DNA of 41,701 bases, taken from the NCBI GenBank assembly GCA_046075565.1, contig JBJTQJ010000091.1:1-41701 (forward strand). Reading direction: 5' to 3'. Positions 9,417 to 19,405 of this stretch are shown here, piece by piece. The position numbers were made by a program, and so were the translations under genes. A model generated the notes under the pieces. It worked only from the letters and a program-made list of their open reading frames with translations, ran no database searches and was not told where the DNA came from. Positions within the stretch are counted from its first letter, which is position 1. Each line of letters starts with the position of its first letter. This stretch comes from Verrucomicrobiales bacterium. Its GTDB lineage: Bacteria; Verrucomicrobiota; Verrucomicrobiia; Verrucomicrobiales; SLCJ01.

Positions 9417-10154
9417 TCAAGAATTCTCGGTCAGGTCCAAGATGAGCAAGCCCTCGTCGGGTGTCCATGTGAAACGGACTCCAATCCCCTGCAACTCGAA
9501 AGCGAACTCCCGATTCGCGACCTCTTCCAGATACGCGGGCCTCGGGTCGAAGGCCATGGTCTCAAGCAGTAGTGTCCGAAAACCCGGTTGTCGCGTCTCG
9601 ATGGAAGTGAGGCGGATTTCCGCCTCCGGGGATAGCACGACAGGCAGCATTGGCGGAGCTTCGGTGGCGAATCCGCCTTGGGCATCGGGTTGTGCCTCGA
9701 CGTAGGGCAGATAGGGTTTCACATCGAGAACCGGAGTGCCGTCAACGAGGTCGAGGCCGGCGACTTCGAGGGTCACGCCGCCATCATCGACGAGGATCTT
9801 CCGGAGTTCGACGAGGGACAGCCCGATAGGGTTCGGGCGGAACAAGGAGCGCGTGGCGAAGACGCCGAGGCGGGTATTGCCCCCCAAGCGAGGGGGGCGA
9901 ACCGTGAGCGAAGGCTCCTTGTCCTCCGGGATTTGGTCGGCGAGAAAAAGAATCCAGACATGGGAGAACCCCTCAAGTCCCCGGAATGCCTCAGCTTGGT
10001 TCCATGGCGGAAAAAACCGGATGAGTCCGACCGCCGAGGGCACGAGGCCAGATTGGCGCGGGACCCCGAATTTTCCGTTGAAGGGCGAAACGATACGCCC
10101 GACCGGCGAGAAACTCACCGGTCGGGCGCTTGATTCATCGGATGATCGGTTCAA
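9417..10154 (-). CDS. tsaA: tRNA (N6-threonylcarbamoyladenosine(37)-N6)-methyltransferase TrmO
   Basis: KFGVPRQ, GLEGFSHVWILF, VRPPRLGGN..GVFATRS.FRPNPIGLS, DLVDGTPVLDVKPY, DPRPAY. Start uncertain (TTG 10154 or GTG 10118); the track's 10286 start overlaps the upstream gene. Confidence 0.92.
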   Translation of the reverse strand: MNRSSDESSARPVSFSPVGRIVSPFNGKFGVPRQSGLVPSAVGLIRFFPPWNQAEAFRGLEGFSHVWILFLADQIPEDKEPSLTVRPPRLGGNTRLGVFATRSLFRPNPIGLSLVELRKILVDDGGVTLEVAGLDLVDGTPVLDVKPYLPYVEAQPDAQGGFATEAPPMLPVVLSPEAEIRLTSIETRQPGFRTLLLETMAFDPRPAYLEEVANREFAFELQGIGVRFTWTPDEGLLILDLTENS

Positions 10155-10158
10155 TTGC

Positions 10159-11451
10159 TCAGGCAAATGGGTCGAGCGGATTGTATTGGCCGGGGATGGC
10201 GGCCGGATAGAGACCGTCCGGGCCGGGTTTGGCCGGGACATCGGCACCGAAATCGTCGGCGTCCGGGACCATTTTGTCCTTGGCACCGAGGCCGCGGCTC
10301 CAGGGGATGCTGTTGCCGCTGTAACAGGCTTGGCGACCGAGAAGTGCGGTCATGGTGCTGTTGGCGGCCGCCTCGGCCATGTTGATGGGTTTGTCCTGAC
10401 GGATGTGGGCAACCAGTTCGTCCTGCTCGATCTGCTGGCCATCCGCGCGGGGGCCATCGTATTTCCAAAGCTCCTTGCCATCGCGATCCCAAATCGTACC
10501 GGGTTGGGCGCGGCCTTTCGCGGCGAGGAAAAGTTCGCCCACGCGGCCTTGGGCACCCTGATGGTGGCGCCAGAAGCTGTTGACGACCACACCCTTCGGG
10601 TAGGAGTATTCGGTGGCGAAGTGGTCGTAGATGTTTCCGAACTGGGGCCCAATCCGCACGCTGCGTCCGCCGGTGCCATAGGCGCGCTCGGGCAGGGTGC
10701 CGAGGAACCAGTTGGCGACATCGATGTTATGGATGTGCTGCTCGACGATGCCATCGCCGCCGATGTAATCGAAGTAGAACCAGTTGCGGCACTGGTATTG
10801 GAATTCGGTGTCGCCCGGTTCGCGGTCGCGGACCCACAGGTTGCCGCCCATCCAGTGGACCTGGGCACTGATGAGGTCACCGATCATGCCGTCTTGAATG
10901 CGCTTGAGGGTCTCCAGATAAACCGGGTCGAAGCGGCGTTGGAAGCCGACCACGATCTTGGTCTCGGGTTTGGCCTTCTTGGCGGCTTCGAGCACGATGC
11001 GCACGCCGTCGGCGGTCGTGGCAACCGGCTTTTCCATGAAAACGTGTTTCCCCTTTTCCACCGCGTAGGCGAAATGTTTCGGGCGGAACCCGGGGGGCGT
11101 GCAGAGCATCACGATATCGGCGAGGTCGGTCGCTTTCTTGTAAGCGTCGAGCCCGGTAAACTGATGCTCGGCAGGAACATTGACGGATGAGCCTTGGCCT
11201 TTTTTGGCATCGTTCAGCGCACCGAGGCACTTTGCGATGGAAGGAGCAAAGGCATCGGCCAGGGCAACCACTTCGATGCCGGGATTGGCGAGAATTTGTT
11301 TGGCGGCGCCCGTTCCGCGCCCGCCGCAGCCGACAAGAGCGACTTTGAGGGTGCCGGATCCGGCCGCTTGGGCCGAACCGATGATGGGAAGAGCGGTGGC
11401 TCCGGCCACGAGGGCGGAAGACTTGATGAATTTACGACGATTCGGTTCCAT
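10159..11451 (-). CDS. Tat-exported Gfo/Idh/MocA family oxidoreductase
   Basis: NRRKFIKSSALVAG Tat signal; VALVGCGGRGTGA; TPPGFRP; FMEKPVA; VGFQRR; RNWFYF..GGDGIVEQHIHNIDV. Confidence 0.92.
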   Translation of the reverse strand: MEPNRRKFIKSSALVAGATALPIIGSAQAAGSGTLKVALVGCGGRGTGAAKQILANPGIEVVALADAFAPSIAKCLGALNDAKKGQGSSVNVPAEHQFTGLDAYKKATDLADIVMLCTPPGFRPKHFAYAVEKGKHVFMEKPVATTADGVRIVLEAAKKAKPETKIVVGFQRRFDPVYLETLKRIQDGMIGDLISAQVHWMGGNLWVRDREPGDTEFQYQCRNWFYFDYIGGDGIVEQHIHNIDVANWFLGTLPERAYGTGGRSVRIGPQFGNIYDHFATEYSYPKGVVVNSFWRHHQGAQGRVGELFLAAKGRAQPGTIWDRDGKELWKYDGPRADGQQIEQDELVAHIRQDKPINMAEAAANSTMTALLGRQACYSGNSIPWSRGLGAKDKMVPDADDFGADVPAKPGPDGLYPAAIPGQYNPLDPFA

Positions 11452-11536
11452 AGGTAGTGGTATGTTTCTGTGGTTAGGGGACGTCAGGCAAACGTGTCTG
11501 GGTTCGCGGTTCTTTCATTCCTGCACGAAGGTCTCC

Positions 11537-12154
11537 TCAGGGCTGGAGAGGCACCGGAGTTTCAGACTTTTTCGCGGATTGCACGTGCAGAATGATTTCA
11601 CTGATCAGGATTTTCCCTCCCGATTCCTGGAAATGGCGAACATGCATTCCAATCACCGGGGCGAGTAAGGTCAGGGTGAAAAGCACCAGCGAGGCAAGGC
11701 ACCCGGATTGCGGCTCTGCGGGCGGAGTCGCCCGGCGAGGGCGCGGGGCAGGTTCTTCCGCATCTGGCTTGCTGGCAGACGGGGCTTTTTCCGAATCGGG
11801 AACTTCTTCGGCTGGGGGGGGAGCGGGTTCGGTGACCGTGGCGGTCTGTTCGGGTTGGTCCGGCCAATCGAAGCGGAGCAGGACAGACCCGATTTTCACC
11901 GTATCCCCGTGACGAAGTGAGTGGGTGAGCACACGGCGGCCATCCACCTCGATGCCATTGGTCGAGCCCAGGTCAACCAGTTCAAAACCGTTGTCCCGTT
12001 GGTGCAGAACGGCATGGTGGGCGCTGAGGCTGCCGTCCTCAAGCACCACGGTGTTATCGGGAGCCCGGCCGATGCGGATGCTATCCATCTGCAGGCTGTA
12101 TTTGCGGGTTTCCCCACTGGGCAAGATGACGTGGATTTTGGGCGCTTCGGACAT
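11537..12154 (-). CDS. FHA-domain membrane protein
   Basis: Start re-called at ATG 12154 (MSEAPKIHV). FHA motifs IGRAPDN, LSAHHA, DLGSTNG, LRHGDTVKIG. Pro-rich linker and a C-terminal TM segment (GCLASLVLFTLTLLAPVIG). Confidence 0.88.
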   Translation of the reverse strand: MSEAPKIHVILPSGETRKYSLQMDSIRIGRAPDNTVVLEDGSLSAHHAVLHQRDNGFELVDLGSTNGIEVDGRRVLTHSLRHGDTVKIGSVLLRFDWPDQPEQTATVTEPAPPPAEEVPDSEKAPSASKPDAEEPAPRPRRATPPAEPQSGCLASLVLFTLTLLAPVIGMHVRHFQESGGKILISEIILHVQSAKKSETPVPLQP

Positions 12155-12320
12155 GGCAGAAGTTGCGAGGTTGGGAACGGACGGAGGTGGAAATTTCCGA
12201 TTTTCAATCGAGAACACGGGAGTTTTCCCCACGGTCTTGCGGGAAGATAGCGCATTCTTCCCGAAAATTGCGAAATCTTTGCTTTCGGAAATGCCTTTTT
12301 GGGGCATCTTTCCCGCCTTC

Positions 12321-14147
12321 ATGACCGCCGACACCATCCGCAATCTCGCCATCATCGCTCACGTTGACCACGGAAAGACGACCCTCGTTGACCAACTCCT
12401 CCAAGCCGGAGGCACCTACAGGGAGAATCAGGCGGTCCAGGAACGCGCCATGGACTCCATGGACCTCGAAAAGGAAAAGGGCATCACCATCAAAGCCAAA
12501 AACACCTCGGTCCACTGGAAGGGCAATACCATCAATATCGTCGATACTCCGGGGCACGCCGACTTCGGTGGAGAGGTCGAGCGGGTGATGAAAATGGTCG
12601 ATGGAGTCTTGCTCGTGGTTGACGCCTTCGAAGGCCCGCAGGCCCAGACGCGGTTCGTGCTCCGCAAGGCGCTACAGGAAGGCCTGCGCCCGATTGTCGT
12701 CATCAACAAAATCGACCGTCCCTTCGCCGATCCCGCCGCCGTGCATGACAAGGTGCTTGAGCTTTTTATCGACCTTGACGCCAGCGATGATCAGTTCAAT
12801 GCGCCTTTCCTTTACGGTTCCGCCCGCGATGGCTACTTCATGCACTCGCCCGATGAGGCGAAGACTGACGTATCCCCGCTTCTCAAGACCATCGTCGAGA
12901 AAATCCCCCCACCCCAAGCCGACCCCGCCGCGCCCTTCTCCATGCTCGTCTCGAATATCGATTGGGATGACTACGTGGGCCGTGTCGGCATCGGCAAGGT
13001 GCTCGGTGGTTCGGTGCGCAAGGGCGACACCATCTGGCTCCTGCGCAAGGATGGCACCAAGGTCAGCTCGAAGGTCACGAAACTTTTCGAATACTCCGGT
13101 TTGGGCACCCAGGACTCGGATGCCGGAACCGCCGGAAACATCGTCGGTATCGCCGGCTTCGAGGATATCGACATCGGTGAAACGCTCGCCGCGACCAGTG
13201 AAATGGAAGCGGTGCCCTTTGTGGACATCGATCCTCCGACCGTCCAGATGCAATTCTCCATCAATGACGGCCCCTTCTCCGGCAAGGATGGAAAACACGT
13301 GACTTCGCGGGCCATCCGCGACCGCCTTTTCCGCGAAACGAAAATCAACGTCTCCATCGCCGTCGAAGACACGGACACCGCCGGCGTCTTCAATGTTTCC
13401 GCCCGCGGAGCCATGCAGATCGCCATCCTGGTGGAAACCATGCGCCGCGAGGGCTACGAGGTCTGCGTTTCGCGACCAATGGTCATCACCCGCAAGACCG
13501 AAGACGGACGCACTCTCGAACCCTACGAAACCCTCTATGTGGAAGTGCCGGAGGAACACGTGCCCGGCATCCTCAAGGCCATCACCGCTCGCCGTGGGGT
13601 GCTCGAACACATGGACCACGAGAAAAGCGGACGCGCCTTCATGCAGGCCAACATCCCGACCCGCGGTCTCATCGGTTTCGAATTCGAACTCGTGAACCTG
13701 ACCAGTGGACACGGCATCATGTCCCACCTGTTCAAGGAATACGGCGACTACGCGGGCGAAATCGCCACCCGCACCACCGGCACGCTCGTCTCCATGGAAA
13801 CAGGTGTGGCCACCGCTTATTCACTGCTCGCCCTCGAAGAACGCGGCATTCTCTTTGTCGCTCCCGGTGACGAAGTCTATACCGGCATGCTCGTCGGGGA
13901 AAACCCGCGCACCGACAACCTGCCCGTGAATCCGGTGAAGGAAAAACATCTCGACAACATGCGTTCGGCCGGCAAAGACAAAAACACCAAGCTCAGTCCC
14001 CCGATGCGTTTCTCCCTCGAGCGCGCCATTGAATACATCGCGCAGGACGAACTCGTCGAAGCGACCCCGAAGAATATCCGGCTCCGCAAACGTGTTCTTG
14101 ATCCCAACGAACGCCGTCGCATCGAAAAAGCTGCGAAGAACGCGTGA
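12321..14147 (+). CDS. typA: Translational GTPase TypA/BipA
   Basis: Start at ATG 12321. [78 protein letters not shown]. Confidence 0.98.
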   Translation: MTADTIRNLAIIAHVDHGKTTLVDQLLQAGGTYRENQAVQERAMDSMDLEKEKGITIKAKNTSVHWKGNTINIVDTPGHADFGGEVERVMKMVDGVLLVVDAFEGPQAQTRFVLRKALQEGLRPIVVINKIDRPFADPAAVHDKVLELFIDLDASDDQFNAPFLYGSARDGYFMHSPDEAKTDVSPLLKTIVEKIPPPQADPAAPFSMLVSNIDWDDYVGRVGIGKVLGGSVRKGDTIWLLRKDGTKVSSKVTKLFEYSGLGTQDSDAGTAGNIVGIAGFEDIDIGETLAATSEMEAVPFVDIDPPTVQMQFSINDGPFSGKDGKHVTSRAIRDRLFRETKINVSIAVEDTDTAGVFNVSARGAMQIAILVETMRREGYEVCVSRPMVITRKTEDGRTLEPYETLYVEVPEEHVPGILKAITARRGVLEHMDHEKSGRAFMQANIPTRGLIGFEFELVNLTSGHGIMSHLFKEYGDYAGEIATRTTGTLVSMETGVATAYSLLALEERGILFVAPGDEVYTGMLVGENPRTDNLPVNPVKEKHLDNMRSAGKDKNTKLSPPMRFSLERAIEYIAQDELVEATPKNIRLRKRVLDPNERRRIEKAAKNA

Positions 14148-14186
14148 GGTAGCCTCGGATAAAAAAAGAGAACACGGGCGTCCCCT

Positions 14187-14698
14187 ATCCCGAAGGGATT
14201 GTGTTCCAGAGCCCGGGGTTGACCCGCTTGCGGGGCTACCCCGGGAATTCCAAGCCAAATATCATCAAACCTCATCGGGAAGTCGTTTGTTTTTGCACTG
14301 CGGCGACGTGTTTCACCAGACCAACTTCCCATTAGTATTGTTCCGGTATCTACCGGTTATGGACGCTGCTTGTGAGCATTCTTCGGAGTCGTAGCCAGAC
14401 CGTTGAAGCTTTCGAAGCCTTGGCGAAGTAGGCCCGGTCTTGCCCTGGGAACTGTAGCCGGAAGGTCCAGAACGACATCAAGATATCAACCTTGCGGAAG
14501 CGGCCGGCGAAGTGACTCCGGATTAACGATTGGTTGAAAAGCGTTCGACATCCGTCCCCAAAGCGGTGTCGTCCCCGACAGGTCGGGGTTTCCACCGCAC
14601 TCCGACACACCCGCTTGGGCAGTCGCTGTGTTGGACTGCGCCGGCTGCGACGGCGCTTTCGGTTGTGGAGCACGGCGACTCGTGCGGCACCCCGCACG
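14187..14698. repeat. Cluster of REP-like palindromes in the convergent typA/subtilase intergenic region
   Basis: ATCCC-GAA-GGGAT (14187-14199); CCCGGGGT...ACCCCGGG with inner CCCGC-TT-GCGGG (14212-14245); inverted pair AAAGCGGTGTCG...CGCACTCCGA (14560-14605) / TTGGACTGCG...CGACGGCGCTTT (14631-14659); CGTGCGG-CACC-CCGCACG (14681-14698). Confidence 0.6.
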
Positions 14699-14710
14699 AA
14701 ATGGCCTCAC

Positions 14711-16297
14711 TCACTTCCCCTGAACAGTCGACGTCCGCGAGTTGTTAGAAGGTTTCGCATCACTGCCTTCGGAGACCGACACACTCGAAAGGATGGTGGC
14801 TCCGGGCTTCTGGTAATCGGCGGCGGTGCCGAGGCGGACCGTGCGTGATGCCGATTCTCCCGGCGCGAGCGCGGGAACCGGCACGACGGTTTGTTTTCCA
14901 GCGGCCGTTACGGTCAGAGATGCCGCGGGTATCGAAGCCGTGCCTCGGTTTTGCACGATGGTTTCAATGGTGCCGCCAGAGGCATTGACGCTGAGCGATT
15001 GGTTGGCGACGGCAAGATCGACGATGCCCGGAGTGCTGCTGGACATGACCCGACCCACATCGAGGATGCCGCCACCGTATCCGGTATCCGCACCGAGGGC
15101 ACCGGCTTCATTCAAATTCGCCAAAACCAAGGCGGACGCTTGGTTGGCAGAGATCCCATATTGCGACATAGCGGCGGCGATGGCACCGCTGATGATGGGA
15201 GCACTCGCGGATGTTCCCGTGAAGCCGGCAACCTGATCGCCCGGCCAGGCCACATTCAATTCCAATCCGGGCGCGGCAACATCCAGAGCCCAACCGGAAT
15301 TGGAAAAATCGAGTTTTTCGCCCCGCGCATCGACCGACCCGACGGCAAGCACACCCTCATAGGCGGCTGGATATGCGATGCTGTCCACTCCATTGTTTCC
15401 TGCGGAAGCAACAATCACCACCCCCCGTTCCCTCGCGTAAGCAACGGCATCACGGAGAGCCTGGCTGTCGCCCTGCGAGCCGAGCGAGACATTGATAACA
15501 CCAGCGCCGCCATTGACCGCTTCCATGATCCCCTGCGCCACAAGGAAGGTATCGGAAACTCCGGAAGCATCGACCACGGCAATCGACAGGAGATTGGCGG
15601 AAGGCGCGAGCCCAGGGGTTTGGGAAGAACTCCCGGCAATCAGCGATGCCACTCCCGTGCCATGGCCTGCATCCATCACCACCCCTTCGCCGAGCAAGTT
15701 GAGAGTGGTCAGATTGGCGGTAATCCCCGGATGTTTGACCACGCCGCTATCGAGAATGGCGACCGTTACCCCGGTCCCCCATTTGGAATTGTCGCTATCA
15801 ATGCCCAACCAGCCCAGCAAATCTGCGCCGAATCCAACCGCACCGTCTTGGATACTCCCTTCTGGCAAATCGGGCACATAGACCAGATAGTTGGGCGAAA
15901 ACTCACCCTTCTCTTTTTCTTGGGTGGCGGCCCAGCGCTCGGGATCCACGATGGCGAGCCGCGCCGTGCGCAACCCGTCAATCCGGCCCAGCACCTTGAG
16001 TCCGAGTTTTTCGGCGCGAGCGAGGAAATCGAGATACTCCGCGTCGTCCTTGAATCGAACGAGCACCTCTCCCTCGCGGGCCGGCGCATCATCAGAACTC
16101 AGGGCCACTTTGCGCGAACCGATGTCTTGGGAGGCCCGGTAACCTTCACCCACCGTCGACCACGGGCGGGCGGCAGAATTCTCAGCCGATTCCCCCTTTT
16201 TGCCGAATCCCCCGGGCCCAATCAGCACGTAAATGCCGACCGCGAGCAAGGCAAGCGCGGCCATGGCAAAGAGGAAACGCTGGAAAGGTTTGGTCAT
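14711..16297 (-). CDS. Membrane-anchored subtilisin-like S8 serine peptidase with C-terminal CARDB/Ig-like domain
   Basis: N-terminal TM anchor; propeptide (GEVLVRFKD); triad VAILDSG, GHGTGVASLIAG, GTSASAP; oxyanion ASAGNNG; tail DLAV...VQNRGT...LAPGES typical of CARDB. Confidence 0.9.
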   Translation of the reverse strand: MTKPFQRFLFAMAALALLAVGIYVLIGPGGFGKKGESAENSAARPWSTVGEGYRASQDIGSRKVALSSDDAPAREGEVLVRFKDDAEYLDFLARAEKLGLKVLGRIDGLRTARLAIVDPERWAATQEKEKGEFSPNYLVYVPDLPEGSIQDGAVGFGADLLGWLGIDSDNSKWGTGVTVAILDSGVVKHPGITANLTTLNLLGEGVVMDAGHGTGVASLIAGSSSQTPGLAPSANLLSIAVVDASGVSDTFLVAQGIMEAVNGGAGVINVSLGSQGDSQALRDAVAYARERGVVIVASAGNNGVDSIAYPAAYEGVLAVGSVDARGEKLDFSNSGWALDVAAPGLELNVAWPGDQVAGFTGTSASAPIISGAIAAAMSQYGISANQASALVLANLNEAGALGADTGYGGGILDVGRVMSSSTPGIVDLAVANQSLSVNASGGTIETIVQNRGTASIPAASLTVTAAGKQTVVPVPALAPGESASRTVRLGTAADYQKPGATILSSVSVSEGSDAKPSNNSRTSTVQGK

Positions 16298-16752
16298 CAG
16301 CAACCGGATGAAACATACCGGGAATAGCTACAAAACGCCAGCCAACGTTTCTTTTGGCCGGGAAATGTCCCAAAGGCCTCAAATTTTCGCATCCCCGCTG
16401 CGGGATTTTCCATCAATCCACGGCAACCATCATTTTCCCGGCAATGCCGCTCTCGGGCGCAGAGCATGCAACACAGCGAACGATTCTGCCATAAATGGCC
16501 CTTGCTCGACCTCATGTTTTTTCACTGGAGACCAATGATTCCATCCGATGAGCCACAACCAACCAAACGTGAATCGGATCCTCGTGATCGGCCGTTAGGC
16601 CAGTCTATGCTCTATCAGAAGCTTCGCCGTCCGCAGGCTCAGCCTGTGCTTCGCGTCAAGGGATGGGCCCCGACTGGACATTTGTTTGCTCGTTTTTACT
16701 TGGCAAACTGGAAAGCCTTTGTAGCATTCCGATTGTCCCACGGACAACCACA

Positions 16753-19050
16753 GTGACACCCTCCACATCCAACGTCATTCAACAGCAGACCGCTCGGCTG
16801 ATAGCATTCTATCTCCCCCAATTCCATACCATTCCGGAGAACGATGCCTGGTGGGGAGAAGGCTTCACGGAATGGACAAATGTGCGGAAGGCCCAGTCCC
16901 TCTACCCGGGGCATCTCCAGCCAAGGATACCGGGCGAACTCGGCTACTATGACCTGAATGACAGCACAATCTTGGAAAAGCAATCGGCGATGGCGAGACA
17001 ACACGGCATCGAAGGGTTTTGCTACCATTACTACTATTTTGGCAAAGGAAAGAGGTTGCTGGAAATGCCCGTGGATCGATTATTGCAAAACCAGAAGCCC
17101 GATTTCCCATTCTGCTTGTGTTGGGCCAACGAAAACTGGACCAGAACATGGGACGGCGGCGACAACATGATTCTGATGCAACAGAGCTACCTCCCGGAAG
17201 ATCTTGAGGGATTCGCGCTTTCTGTTTCGCCTTTCTTCAAGGATCCACGCTACATTCGCGTGGACGGCAAACCCTTGTTGGTGATCTACAACACAAGATC
17301 CATCCCCGAGACAAAGTCCACACTCACGCAACTCCGCACCATCTGGCGGAACGAGACCGGTCTGGATGTCCATATCAGTGCTGCCCTGACTTTCGGCGAA
17401 ACAGCGCCCATGGAATTGGGGGTCGATTCGGCCGTGGAATTTCCACCGCACAATGTAAGGAATGCAAACTTGCCGGTGGACGCGATAGGGTTTCACGAGG
17501 AGTTCCATGGCACGGTATGGGATTACCATGCCCATGTTTTGAATTCCATAGCGGAACCCGACAGGCCCTACCCATATTTCCCAACGGTCGTGACAGATTG
17601 GGACAACACCGCCCGACGCGGCCACAGGGGCTCGCTTTTTGTGAATGGCAACCCGATTGCCTACCAACAATGGCTCATCAGTTCAATCCGAAGATCCGTG
17701 CGTTGCAACAAGGAAGACAGCCGGCTCGTATTCATCAATGCATGGAATGAATGGGCCGAAGGGACGTATCTCGAGCCCGACAATGAACGCGGCTTTTCCT
17801 ACCTTCAGGCAACAAAGGCCGCCAATACAAACGGGGATCCCATGTCCCATCTTCTCGATTCCCTCACGGGCAGCGGTCCGCTGGACCCAGCCACAACGGT
17901 GATTTTCGCGACCGCCTTGCGCAACTACAGCAACTTGTTCTCCAGCGAAAGCAATCCGGCAAACTCCTGGTTCCAAGGATTCAAAGACAGATACGGGAAA
18001 ATGTCACATGTGATTTCGGATTTGGCAGGGCAAGTCAGAAATCAAAAAGCCAAACTTGAAAAACAACGGTCCAAGAATGACAAACTTCGAATCAAGGCGG
18101 AAGAAGAAAACCAGCGCAGAAAACAACTGGAAGGCTCCATGGTGTATAGAGCCCTCAGCCCATTGATCCAATTGGAAGGAAAATTCAAAGGTCAACCCTC
18201 GAAAAACCGCCACTCCAAAAAGACCTCTCCGGTTAAGACCCCTGCCTTGCCGAGCTCGCAGCATTCCCCAACCGAGGCTGCAAAATCCATCAAGTGGCTT
18301 GACGACTCTAGCATCCAAATCGAAAACGCAACCTTGCTCTTGGCCTCCGATCAGGACCTCCATCTTCTCGACTCCAGCCCCAAAGAATTCATTCTCGGCA
18401 AGACCACAAGCATGGTGCATCTGTTGCTGGGCTGGATCGACGAAATCCGCCCGAAACGTATCGTGGACATCGGAGTTTTCAAAGGCGGCAGTGTTGTCTT
18501 TCTCCATGCCTCCTGCACGCCGGAAAAGCTGGTTGCCATTGAGCGCAACACGGTAAAGTGCGAGCCATTGGAGGAATATCTCAAAACTGCGGACACCGAT
18601 AACTCGGTGAGTGTGCGCTACGGAGTTGACCAGGCTGACTTATCGGCGCTTGAAAGCATCTACTCGGAAGAGTTTGGTAATGAAAACATCGACATGGTGA
18701 TAGACGACGCATCCCATTTTCTTTACCAAACCAGGGAGTCCTTTCGTTTCTTTTTCCCACGTCTCCGTCCGGGAGGATACTACATCATCGAAGACTGGGG
18801 GTGGGCCCATTGGCCGGAGGATTGCTGGCAGAAAGAAAAAGGCGGTGAGTATTTCAAGAACAAAGACCCCCTCTCGAACCTCCTCATGGAACTGATGATT
18901 CTCTCCGCGAGTGCACCGGATGTGGTGGAAAGTCTTTGGGTGAACAAAAACCAGGTCCTGGTCAAGCGGGGTCCCCGAAAACTCGAGTCTCCGTTTTCCC
19001 CGGAAGCCTTTGTTCTGAACCGTGAAATCGCATTGCCGAAAATCCCATGA
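16753..19050 (+). CDS. WbsX/GH99-like domain fused through a coiled coil to a class I SAM-dependent methyltransferase
   Basis: LIAFYLPQFH..PENDAWWGEGFTEWTNV, LGYYDL, FCLCWANENW, AVEFPPH, WDNTARR, FINAWNEWAEGTYLEPD. C-terminal VDIGVFKGGS, VIDDASH, LRPGGYYIIEDW. Start uncertain (GTG 16753 chosen). Confidence 0.85.
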   Translation: MTPSTSNVIQQQTARLIAFYLPQFHTIPENDAWWGEGFTEWTNVRKAQSLYPGHLQPRIPGELGYYDLNDSTILEKQSAMARQHGIEGFCYHYYYFGKGKRLLEMPVDRLLQNQKPDFPFCLCWANENWTRTWDGGDNMILMQQSYLPEDLEGFALSVSPFFKDPRYIRVDGKPLLVIYNTRSIPETKSTLTQLRTIWRNETGLDVHISAALTFGETAPMELGVDSAVEFPPHNVRNANLPVDAIGFHEEFHGTVWDYHAHVLNSIAEPDRPYPYFPTVVTDWDNTARRGHRGSLFVNGNPIAYQQWLISSIRRSVRCNKEDSRLVFINAWNEWAEGTYLEPDNERGFSYLQATKAANTNGDPMSHLLDSLTGSGPLDPATTVIFATALRNYSNLFSSESNPANSWFQGFKDRYGKMSHVISDLAGQVRNQKAKLEKQRSKNDKLRIKAEEENQRRKQLEGSMVYRALSPLIQLEGKFKGQPSKNRHSKKTSPVKTPALPSSQHSPTEAAKSIKWLDDSSIQIENATLLLASDQDLHLLDSSPKEFILGKTTSMVHLLLGWIDEIRPKRIVDIGVFKGGSVVFLHASCTPEKLVAIERNTVKCEPLEEYLKTADTDNSVSVRYGVDQADLSALESIYSEEFGNENIDMVIDDASHFLYQTRESFRFFFPRLRPGGYYIIEDWGWAHWPEDCWQKEKGGEYFKNKDPLSNLLMELMILSASAPDVVESLWVNKNQVLVKRGPRKLESPFSPEAFVLNREIALPKIP

Positions 19051-19405
19051 TCGCCTTGGTGAGCATGCCCAACTTCAAACTGCAGTGCCCGTTGAGCTTC
19101 GGTGACTCGTCCCCGAAGCCCAATTGTTCCATCAATTTCGAAGCAGGAGAACCGGACCGGGAAGACGGAGCCAAGGGCTTGAATCAGGTAGCGTTCGGGA
19201 CCGGGATGGCGAAACTAGCCACTGGAAAGCAGAACCGGACACCCAGTCTCTCGGTTCGGGGCCAAAGCTGCAGGCCTGCCCCCACCGGGAAATCCCTCCA
19301 CCTCGTCACGAATCGTGCGAGAAAACCGGGTTGCGGCAAAATCCAAGCAACACTTTTGAAGAATTTCCTTGAAAGATCCGGGCCTTCAACGAAGAATTGT
19401 CTACC

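Noticed and set aside
11925-12320. 132-aa N-terminal extension of TypA in the ORF track
   Set aside because: It overlaps the divergent FHA gene. Canonical TypA begins at [14 protein letters not shown] (12321).
14187-14698. CRISPR array or rRNA/tmRNA in the typA-subtilase gap
   Set aside because: No regularly spaced direct repeats and no recognisable conserved RNA motifs, only heterogeneous palindromes.
1772-16327. Long antisense ORFs (e.g. 1772..3511, 5512..6786, 9736..11190, 14891..16327)
   Set aside because: These are shadow ORFs opposite well-supported genes, expected from GC-rich codon bias.
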